This document shows, piece by piece, positions 53,286-64,000 of a stretch of DNA of 64,000 nt (the stretch's first letter is position 1; each line of letters opens with the position of its first letter). Source of the DNA: Octopus sinensis (Eukaryota); contig NC_043015.1 of assembly GCF_006345805.1 (NCBI RefSeq), positions 17,360,001 through 17,424,000 of the forward strand, read 5' to 3'. A program made the translations under genes and the position numbers. Below the pieces are notes generated by a model. It saw only the letters and a list, made by a program, of their open reading frames with translations. It did not search any database and was not told the DNA's origin.

Positions 53286-54099
53286 CACATATGAGTTTTC
53301 CAAACATCCTAGGGGGTGAGGCTACACTCATGAAGTATCGAAGAGAGTTCTATAAAAAGCAAATTTAGATTGTAAGCAGACTTCCAAAGTTCTCTAATGA
53401 TGCACAGTTTTATAGAAGGTTTTTTAAAAAGCTTGTTAGCTTCACAGAAAATAATGTAGGTGTAATTTCTGGAGATATGAGGAGATATTTCATACTCAGA
53501 GACGATGAATTTATCCATAATAAAGTAGGTATAATTTCCTGATATATGAGAAGATGCTGATCACATTTCTGTTCATTTCACAAAACTACTATGTTGGAAT
53601 TATATTGGCTAAAAGAAGTTAGTGGAGCAGAAAAACCGCCCAAATAGGTCATTATGGGACAACTGAGAGGAAAGGGGTGCAAGTACACAACCTACACAGA
53701 ATAGTCTATTTCTGTGGTGACAGAAAGTCTAGGTTAGAGTTGCAGGAATCTGAGATTTATAAAAGAGAACACTACTTTTGACCAGCATACAGCCGTTAAC
53801 TGCCAATCTTACAGAGTTAAAGCAGATATAAGAATATAAAGAGAACAAGAGAAAGTATTAAAGGGGTCAAAGACTATCAGTAGAGGAAAATACATTAGGA
53901 GGTTTCAGTGCAATACTAGAAAGGAGGTCATTTAATTAATTTATTTATTATTGTTACTATTTATACAAATGCTTATAAATAAATACGCCATTTGGGGTCA
54001 ACTCTTCTCCCCTCTTAATCTAACCTTCACCCCGACTCCTACATCTCTTCACTCCTACATCTTTTTATGACGAACTGAATAAAGGACAGACTACTAGTA

Positions 54100-55300
54100 T
54101 TAGTTAGAGAGTTAAACCATTTTAATACCTCATCGGTATTAGCCAGAGACTTAAGGGAATAATAATTATTACTCTAGTATTTCCCACATTTTGCTAAATA
54201 AATCACTTATATTTGCTATGAATCTCTCCCTCATATCTAGAGAGGAAATCGACATTGTGCTATTAGCTAGAAAAACATTTATAGAATTTGAAGGAAAGTT
54301 ATGAACTAGAGCAGACACCCCTAATAATTTCGATATACCCATGGGTTCTAGTGATTCGGCTGAGGTAACTAATTTGGTAGGTGCGTATCTATTAAAGTGC
54401 ATAAAAAAGGAGATCCCAGAATTACAAGGTGGTCTATACAGGGATGATGCTCTGTTTGTTATTCCTAGTAATAATAAATCTAGCATTGAACGGATTAGAA
54501 AGAAAATTAATAGGTTCTTTAAAGATTTCAACCTTGGCATAACTTATGAACCTGGCACTAAAATAGTCAATTTCCTAGATATTACATTAGACCTTAACTC
54601 TAAGCTGCATTACCCATTTAGAAAAGAAGGTGAAATCACGAGATACGTAAATAAATAATCAAATCATCCCCCAAATATAATTAAATCTTTGGTTAGAAAT
54701 ATTTCCTTAAGAATCTCTAAATTATCATCCAATAATGATATATTTAACTCTCATTCTGAGCATTATAATGCGGCATTACCTAAGGCAGGATACAACCAAA
54801 AGATTACCTTTATTGATAAGGAGAGCTTACATATTCCTAATAAAGGAGGTAACATTAAACACGTAAACAACAATATAGATCACGCCCGAAATAAAAGTAG
54901 AAATAGATTTACGGTGACAACAAATCTAACGTACAAGCCTAATCATAAGAATAAAAATATAGACCAGAGCATAGGTAACTCGGATAAAACCAATTTAGAT
55001 AAATCAAAAAAGCATACAAATAATAGTAATAAATATAATGGCTCTGGTGAGATTAGTAATAATTCAACTAACCCCAATTCTAATTTAAGGAAATTTAATA
55101 AGAAAGATATAATCTGGCTGAATATTCCTTTCAACTGTGCGATTTTCTCGGATATACAAGGCAGATTCAAAGTAATTCTAGAAAAAAATTTCCCAGCCTC
55201 TCATAAATATCATAGAATAATTTCTAAAAAGCGGTTAGGATTTCTTATTCAACCCTCCCAAATATGTCCACTATAATGACTAAGATTAATAATAATAACA
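54100..55300 (+). mobile_element. Penelope-like RT (Neptune-like) with Asn-rich insert and tail
   Basis: MGSSDSAEVTNLVGAYLL, GGLYRDDAL, VNFLDITLDLN, SNHPPNIIKSL, IIWLNIPF. Confidence 0.8.
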
Positions 55301-55680
55301 TTAAGCTAGCCAGGAATAATAAGACTAATACCAACATGAATACCAATAACAATTGTAATAATATTATCAAAAATAAAAATAATAACCACAATAATAGTAA
55401 CTATCAAAACAAAGGTAGCATCAATAACCATGGAATAATTAATAATAATATTAATATTAATAGGAGCAATAATGTTAATAATATGAACAATGTTAATAGA
55501 GAAAATATCGGGAATGAAGACAACATTGATATCTATAACAACAATATACATTCGGATATAAATACTAGCAATAATAGTAGCAATACCAATAATGTAAGTA
55601 ATTATGATAGGGCTATAGAACTAAATGATAGTGTAAACGGATCGATAATGATAACACTGCTTTAGATATTCTATGATATG

Positions 55681-55744
<64 letters not shown>

Positions 55745-55764
55745 GTGGTGTATGTATACATATT

Positions 55765-56232
55765 CTTTTACTTGATTCAGTTATTTGACTGCGGATATGC
55801 TGGAGCACCACCTTTAGTCGAGCAAGTCGACGCCAGTACTTAATCTTTGTAAATCTAGTAATTATTCTATCGGTCCCTAATGCCGAACGGCTAACTAACG
55901 GGGACGTATAGGCACCAGCATCTGTTGTCAAATGATGTTGGGTGACAAACACAGACACACGAACATATACACAGACACACGAACATATACACACACATGC
56001 ATACATACATACACACACACACACACACATAATACACAAACACACACACATATATGTATATATATATACGACGGGTTTCTTTCAGTTTCCGTCTACCAAA
56101 TCCACTCACAAGGTTTTAGTCGTCCCGAGGCTCTAGTAGAAGACACTTGCCCAAGGTGCTACGCAAAGGGACTGAACCCGGTGCCATGTGGTTGATAAGC
56201 AAGCTGCTTACCGTACAGCCAGCCCTGCGTCT
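55765..56232 (-). mobile_element. CORE-type SINE
   Basis: Homology to 851-1247. Confidence 0.85.
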
Positions 56233-56250
56233 ATATATATATATATATAT

Positions 56251-56285
<35 letters not shown>

Positions 56286-56323
56286 TGAGTGAGATTGAGT
56301 TAGATAGATTGATAGAGAGAGAA

Positions 56324-56407
<84 letters not shown>

Positions 56408-56979
56408 CTATAGATATAGATATATATATATACATATATATGTATATATTCGTATATACGTATATATACATATTGTTACGGGGGGACCTCCGTCGAACGA
56501 AAGCTGTTACGGAATCCCTCACACAGGCCCGTTCAGTTCCTACTATAATAGCCAATGCCTCATATTGTACTTCATCTCTCTTAAATCCAACTGCTAAACT
56601 GCTTGCCTTGAATACCAAATCCTCACTGCTAAATCCAACTGCTCGCCTTGACTCCCAAATACCGACTGCCAAATCCTCACTTGCTCTGTCCTCCTGCCTT
56701 GTCACTACCCCAATCTCTCTCTGCTGGAACTCCCTCAGTTCCTTAATCTGTCTTCCTCAGCCCTCAACATTTCTCTCACTGTCTCTCACAAACTGAACTC
56801 TAATTCACCTGACAGGGTCGGGGAGCTTCCCCAGAGCTAATTAATCAATCCGCATCTGGCATAACAATGGATTCCTTGCCAAAAGTAGGTCGCCGGCTCT
56901 GTCCTTAAGTTGAACTCACAACAATATATATATGTATATATACATATATATGTATATACACACATATATATACATATAT

Positions 56980-58870
56980 ATTGGTCCACAGCTTCTTCCC
57001 CAGCCCTACCTCCCAACCTGGCTCGTTCCCCTGATCCCGCCCACGCAGCCGCACTTGTCCTTACCTCTCCAACACCACCCTCCTCACCGGCACCCATCAT
57101 CGACCCTATCGCATCATCGACTCCTTCACCTGCACCTCCAGCAATATCATCTATTGCATCTCCTGATCTCTCTGCCTTTCCCTGTACATCGGACAAACGG
57201 GACGCCGCTTGGCTGACCGGTTCGCGGAACACCTCTGAGGTATCTGCCTCGGCAATGACACCCCGGTCTCACGCCAGTTCCGCTCCATCGGTCACTCCTT
57301 GCAACACCTGTCTGTGTTCGGATTGTCCTTGCACAGAGGCCATCCGGACTCCCGTTTGCGCCGTGAACAGGTATTAATTTTCTCTCTTCGCTCTTTTATG
57401 CCATTTGGGGTCAACTCTTCTCCCCTCTTAATCTAGCCTTCAGCCCGACTCCTACATCTTTTCACCCCTACTCTCTTTCTCTCTGCTCCCTCACTCTCCT
57501 TCTCTCCTCCTCCCCCCTCTCTCCTCCTCCCCCCTCTCTCCTCCTTCTTCCCACCCAACTCTCCTCTCTTGCCCCGACTCCTACTTCTCTTCACTCCTAC
57601 TTCTCTTCACTGCTACTTCTCTTCACCCCTACTCTCTTTCCCTCTTCTCTGTTACTCTCTCTTTCTCTCTTTCTCTCCCCTCTTTCCACCTTCCCTCTTA
57701 CTCTCTTTCTCTCTTCTCTCTTACTCTCTTTCTCTCTTCCCTCTTTTTCACTCCTTCTCTTTCACCCTCTCTTTCTCTCTTCTCTCCTCCTCTCTCTCCT
57801 CACTTACCCACATTCGCCTCCCCCCATAAGCCCACCCACCCATACACATCCCTACTCCACCTTCCCTATCCTTCCCATCCTCCATCCTATACCACACACC
57901 CTCCCCCACATACCCCACCTCTACCCCCACCCTCTGCCTACCCACAAACCAAAACTCTACCCGAACCCTCAGCCGAACCCACACCCCACCCGTGCTTTCC
58001 CCACTCTCGCCTCCCCCACCTCCCAACAAAATCAAACCACACCGCACTACACCATACAACATTACACATCACATCACAACACAACACTCACACACCCATC
58101 TCCACATTTTCACACATACACATGGATGGATGGATGGATGGATGGAAGCACTCCGTCGGTTACGACGACGAGGGTTCCGGTTGATCCGATCAACGGAACA
58201 GCCTGCTCGTGAAATTATCGTGTAAGTGGCTGAGCACTCCGCAGACACGTGTACCCTTAACGTAGTTCTCGGGGATATTCAGCGTGACACAGAGAGTGAC
58301 AAGGCCGGCCCTTTGAAATACAGGTACAACAGAAACAGGAAGTAAGAGTGAGAGAAAGTTGTGGTGAAAGAGTACAGCAGGGATCACCACCATCCCCTGC
58401 CGGAGCCTCGTGGAGCTTTAGGTGTTTTCGCTCAATAAATACTCACAACGCCCGGTCTGGGAATCGAAACCGCGTTCCTACGACCGCGAGTCCGCTGCCC
58501 TAACCACTGGGCCATTGCGCCTCCACACATACGCATACATACACGCACACGCCCAGACCACCAGCCCTCGTTCACACGCACGTACATACTCTCTTATACA
58601 CACACGCACCTTCGTGTTGGGGGTCATCTTCACTTTGTTATCTCCCCTACTTTCCTTCTCGTGTGTCACCCTTTTGTCCGAGTCAGACGCCATGATAGAT
58701 CGTTAGCCACTACACATATTTTTCTCTCTTTGTTTCTCTCCTTGTTTTCTGTGTCCCCTTCTGTAGAAGAGCGTAGGCTCGAAACGTAAAATACTTTTTC
58801 TATTCCTGAGCGTTCTACTAATGCATCTGTTTGTTTTGTACACCACCCGTCTTCGTCTTTTGTTTTTTTC
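56980..58870 (+). mobile_element. PLE 3' portion (GIY-YIG, pyrimidine-rich UTR, HHR-like motif at 58759-58791) with a nested SINE
   Basis: YIGQTGRRLADRFAEHL homology; tt CTGTAGA a gagc gtag gctc GAAAC GTA aa. Confidence 0.8.
58145..58525 (-). mobile_element. tRNA-Arg-like SINE
   Basis: Near-identical to 41507-41887. Confidence 0.85.
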
Positions 58871-58898
58871 CGTAAACTCTCCCTATATATATATACAT

Positions 58899-58967
<69 letters not shown>

Positions 58968-59034
58968 ATATATACATGTACATGTGTAATACATATATAT
59001 ACGTATATATGTATATATACATATAGGGAGAGAA

Positions 59035-60230
59035 TTCACAAAGAAACAAAAGACGAAGACAGGTGATGTAGACAACAAACAGATGTATTAGTATAACGGT
59101 CGGGAAGTGAAAAAATGTTTAACGTTTCGAGCCTACGCTCTTCCACAGAAAGAAACAAGGAGAGAAAATAAAGAATATGTAGAGGCTAGCGATCTATCAT
59201 GGCGAATGCCGGACAGAAGGGGCACACAGGAGAGCTAGGGAGAAGGGGAGATAATAAAGTGGTGGTGATCTCAAAACTAAGGTTCGCGTGAGTGTGTATA
59301 AGAAAGGTTGCATGTTCGTGTGGAAGAGGGCTAGTGATCTTCACGTGTGCATGTGTGTATGGGGTAGGGTGGGATGGAAAGGGTAGGGAAGGTGGGGCTG
59401 GAATGTGTAGGGGTGGGTTAGGCTTACGAGGGAGGGGTGACGATGAAGGGAGGAAGGAAAAGTTTGGTAGAATGAATGGAAGAGAGAAGGATAGTAGGAG
59501 TAAAGAGAAGTAGGAGTCGGAGCAAGAGAGGAGAGGTGGGTGGGAGGAAATAGGTGTGAGAGGAAGAGAGGCAAGGGGAGGAGGTTAGGTGAAGAGGAGA
59601 GTTGAGACTATGTGGAGCAAAAGAGCGAGGAGAGAAGATAAATCCCTGTTCACAGTGCAAATGGGTGTCCGGATGGCCCTGTGCAAGGACAATCTGAACA
59701 CGGACAGGTGTTGCAAAGAGTGACCGGTAGAGCGGAAATGGCGTGAGACCGGGGTGTCATTGCCGATTCGGATGTCTTGGAGGTATTCCGCGAACCGGTC
59801 AGCCAAGCGGCGTCCCGTTTGCCCGATGTATAGAGAAGGGTAAAGAGAGCAGGAGATGCAGTAGATATTGGTAGAAGTGCAGGTGAAGGAGTCAGTGTCG
59901 ATGATGGGTGCTGGTGAAGGGGGTGGTGTTGGAGAGGAAAGGGCAAGTGTGGCAGCGTGGGCGGGAGCAGAGGAACGAGCCGGATTGGGAGGTTGAGTTA
60001 GGGAAGAAGCTTTGGACCAAGGGGTCTCGTAGGTTGTGGACTCGTTTGATGGAGGGGAGGGGTCTGTTAAGGAAGATGTGCGAAGTGGAGGGGTCGGACT
60101 GGAGTCGCCGGAAAGCTCGGAGAATGGTGCGTTGGAGAAGTAGAGCGATGGGGTGGTAGTGAGGGGAAATGGGAGGCGGGAGACGGTGGACGGGTTCGGG
60201 GGGAAAAAGAGCAGATGCACAGTCCACGGA
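59035..60230 (-). mobile_element. PLE 3' portion (GIY-YIG, UTR, HHR-like motif at 59118-59151), same family as 56980-58870
   Basis: ORF 59585-60220 FTCTSTNIYCISCSLYPSLYIGQTGRRLADRFAEYLQDIRIGNDTPVSRHF; ttt CTGTGGA a gagc gtag gctc GAAAC GTT aaa. Confidence 0.85.
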
Positions 60231-60739
60231 ACCTATGCATGTATATATGTAATATAATAGTTTCAGTATTAATAGTTTCACTTTGTATATATTATATACG
60301 TATTTGTTTCATTTTTGAACGTAATACTGAAATAGTGTAAGATTGCTCCGGACCCGCATTAGGCAAGAAGTTGAAAATGTATTTGGCCCATGACACTGCA
60401 TGGACCTTAAGTAAGGCATGTGTAAAATTTTAATGAAATCGGTTGGGTAGTTCTCGAGTTTTAGTGATGCACACATACAGACACAGACAGACAGACAAAC
60501 ATTCTCAGTTTTATATATATAGATATAATGCGCGGATATAATGCACAGACGAACGGAGAACAATCACAGAAGGTCATCAATTCCCCATCAGTTATCGGTC
60601 AAAGTAGAGCGCAATTTCATGCCATTATCGCTAACACTACATCCACCCTGGAGGCAACCGGCAAGAGAGAACTTGCTGGGAATGCGATCAAAACATAACA
60701 AAACAAGACGGATAAACAAAAAGGAATTGAGGGGGGAAA

Positions 60740-61115
60740 ACGAAATAAACAGAATATGGCCTTAGGGCCAGGCGAAGACAAAAACAAAAAATAATAATAT
60801 ACAACAATAAAAAATAATGATACATATACAACAAAAAGTCGCGGGCTAGCAGACAGAGAAGTGTGGAGTAACGCAAAGGAGAATGAAAACTATCTTACAG
60901 GACTAAAACAAATACAAGAGAAAGGTAGAGCGAGGAGCTCAAAGAATGACCGAGCAGGTCGAAGGCAACACGAACTCTACCTTTCTCTTGTGTTTGTTTT
61001 AGTCCTGTAAGATAGTTTTCATTCTCTGTTTGCTAGCACATGACTTTTTTGTTGCATATGTATTTCTTTTTTTTTTGCCTAGCCATATTCTGTTTATTTC
61101 CGTTCGTCTGTGTAG
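60740..61115. repeat. Imperfect foldback hairpin element
   Basis: gaaaactatcttacaggactaaaacaaatacaagagaaaggtagag / ctctacctttctcttgtgtttgttttagtcctgtaagatagttttc with a ~44-nt loop; outer arms gapped. Confidence 0.75.
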
Positions 61116-61220
61116 TCAGTGCCTTTAATATTTGTTTTTCCGTTCGTTTGTTTATTACTATATGTTTTTGACTTCTGAAAATATTATTCACATAACGCAA
61201 CGCCCTCTATATTTTGGGCT

Positions 61221-61314
<94 letters not shown>

Positions 61315-61587
61315 TGTGTGTGTGTGTGTGTGTGTATAAAGAGAGGGAGAGAAATATTGATAGATAGATACATACATACATACATACATGCATACATACA
61401 TGCATGCATACATACATACATACATACATGTATGTATGTATATATGTATGTATGTATGTATGCATATATGTATTATGTATGTATGTATGTATGTATGTAT
61501 GTATGCATGTATGTATGTATGTATGTATGCATGTATGTATGTATGTATGTATGTATGTATGTATGTATGTATGCATGTATGTATGTA

Positions 61588-63165
61588 TGTTTCTGGAGAA
61601 AAGTTAAGAAAAGGTGGAAAGTCCTCCAGAAACTTGGGTGTCCTGAAAAGTTCCTTGCTTTGGTTAGGTCTTTTCATGAAGACATGAATGGTAGGGTGAA
61701 TGTTAGAGGGAAAATGTCGGAGCCCATTTCAATACAAAATGGAGTGAAACGGGGATATTCTGGCACCGACCCTATTTTCCATATATTTTGCGATGGTGTT
61801 CTGTATTGCATTCAGAAACTGCAGATATGGTGTTTACATCCATTATACTCTGGCAGCATATTTAATATCAGGCGCTTTGCTGCAAAAACAAAGGTATTTA
61901 CCTCTATCATAAGCGACCTTTTGTATGCAGATGATTGTGAGCTAGTAGCACACACAGAGATTGATATGCAGCACATTTTGAATGCATTCTCTGATGCTTG
62001 CACTGCCTTAGGATTGACAGTCAATCTCAAGAAAACTGTTGCCATGCATCAACCTGCCCCTGGTAAGCAGTATAGTGTACCAAATATCTATGTGTGAGGT
62101 AAACGACTTGTTGTAGTTGATCAGTTTGTCTACCTGGGAAGCACTATTAATAGATATAGCAATTTGGATGATGAAATTCCACATAGAATTAGGAAAGCAA
62201 GTGTTGCTTTCGGAAGGTTAGAAAAGCGCCTCTGGAGTCGGCGAGACATATGCAGAAAGACAAAGATAAAGCTGTACAAGGCATATGTGCTCCCTTCTTT
62301 TCTCTATGCCTGCGAGACGTGTGTCATATATCGATACCACCTTAAACAACAGGAACGTTTCCATCAGATGTGTCTCAGACGGATCTATGGCATTAAGTGG
62401 GAGGACCGCATCAGTGATCTTGAAATACTGGAAAGCTGTCGGTGTGAAAGTATAGAAGCTCTTTTGTTAATGCAAAGGCTCAGATGGAGTGGTCATCTGG
62501 TCAGGATGAAGGATTCAAGGATGCCAAAACAACTCTTTTATGGAGAGTTAGCTAAAGGAGAACGACCTCCACATAAACCAAAAAGAGGTATAAGGACTTG
62601 CTGAAGGCTTCCTTAAGAGATGCTTGCATCTCTCCTGACACATGGGAAGGCATAGCTATTGATCGTAGCAGGTGGAGAAGGACTGTGCACGAGGGGACAG
62701 CCACTTTTGAGAAATCTCGAGTTGCACATGAGAAAGTAAAGAGGGTTGTCAGGAAGGGCATCGCTGTTACATTTCCAGAAAGGAAGGGTCTTCCTATGAT
62801 GCTGACATGCAGTGTATGTGCAAGACCCTGTCTCAGTAAAGCTGGACTTAAGAGTCATCTTCGTAGTCATAAAGCGAGACAGATGTGTGACAACCTGGCC
62901 ACTGGTGGTGGTGTAACACACCATACTAATGTGTCGGGCATGTGGAAGAGTGTGTAATTCGGCAGGAGGACTTAAACGACATGCAAAGGTACATGAAGCC
63001 CAGTTACAACTACAGCCGGCTATTACCGGTAAAGGTTTTACTTGCCAATTCTGTACAAGACATTGTAGATCTTTAGCTGGGCTAAAAAGTCACATTCGAT
63101 CACAGCACCAGTAACAATTAAGCTTCGTGCAATGGCCATACTCGATAACGAGGCGGCAGCCATCA
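61588..63165 (+). mobile_element. RTE-clade LINE 3' part with three C2H2 zinc fingers; same family as 33195-35703
   Basis: DLLYADDCELVAH, FLYACETC, LRWSGHLVRMKDSRMPKQLFYGEL; CSVC..SH..H, CRAC..H..H, CQFC..H..H; 61590-62240 is near-identical to the reverse complement of 33195-33850. Confidence 0.9.
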
Positions 63166-63242
63166 TGTATGTATGTATGTATGTATGTATGTATGTATGT
63201 ATGTATGTATGTATGTATGTATGTATGTATGTATGTATGTAT

Positions 63243-64000
63243 GTAGAAAGTTAAATGCGGCCCTTAGAACAGGCATCGCAACTGACGTGTTGGCGGCGAG
63301 ATTGGCCCTCGACCAATTTTTCGATGCAAAACACGAGGGCTGTGTTGTCAGAGCTAAGGCACCTTCATTAAGCGGGGAGGGGAAGAAAGCGTCACGATGG
63401 GCCCGCACGACGAAGGCTAAACGTGGCAACAAGGCGACCATTCGGTCTTTGGTGGACCAGAACGGACACGAGATGTTCGAATCGAAGCAGATGTATGCGG
63501 CCTTTCAGCCGCACTTTGCTGGGACGAGCGGCGGGACGGATAACAGGGCAGACTTTAGTGTGTACCTAGACTAACGAGGCAGAGTGCTGCGAAAGACCGA
63601 TGACAGCCTGGGAAATACAGGAAGCGATGAAAAGCTGCACGAGAGGCAGATCGCCGGGTTTGGATGGTCTACCCTACGAACTTTACTGCAGGGCTGAGCA
63701 TGCCAAACTTGTTTGCGGGACTCTTGTCAGATGTCTATTGCAATTGGCAACAAAACGGGAGAATTCCTGCTTTTTTTTGTTGAGAGGTAGTAGCACTGCT
63801 GAGAAAAGACCCCAAAAAGGAGGACGTTATAGAGTATTTCAGGCCCATCATTCTGCTTAATGCAGAGTTAAAGATTTTGGCCAAGGTGTTAGCCAACCTC
63901 TTGGTTGGCGCTTGTCGTGGACATACTCCCAACCAGGAGTATTCATGATAGCCTCCGTCCTCTGCGCTAAATCATAGAGAGGATGGGTAACGAAGCTGGC
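63243..64000 (+). mobile_element. Tx1/L1-clade LINE fragment, RT N-terminus
   Basis: ATDVLAARLALDQFFDAKHEGCVVRAK; SPGLDGLPYELY; FRPIILLNAELKILAKVLAN. Confidence 0.85.

Overview
Repeat-saturated animal (very probably Octopus/coleoid cephalopod) intergenic or intronic DNA. No host protein-coding exon, rRNA, genuine tRNA gene or CRISPR array could be supported, and most short ORFs in the track are microsatellite read-throughs. The window is a nested mosaic of mobile elements: many tRNA-derived SINEs (at least 4 families), non-LTR retrotransposon relics (Tx1/L1-like, R4/Dong, two RTE families), at least six Penelope-like element (PLE) pieces, a near-intact Ty3/Gypsy pol, BEL/Pao and Gypsy gag relics, a Chapaev3-like DDE transposon relic, non-autonomous Helitrons, MITEs/foldbacks and dense (TA)n/(CA)n/(GATA)n/(ATGT)n arrays. 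The most notable signal, invisible in the ORF track, is a set of about 10 type-I hammerhead ribozyme (HHR) motifs on both strands. They include a non-coding ~496-bp HHR-bearing unit in tandem-plus-inverted arrangement (40413-41455, retrozyme-like), a diverged relative with a covarying stem II (53195-53285), U3-A8 compensated cores, a recurrent A6U core variant in one PLE family, and a tRNA-headed SINE ending in a decayed HHR. All family assignments come from motif recognition by eye; no database search was run.
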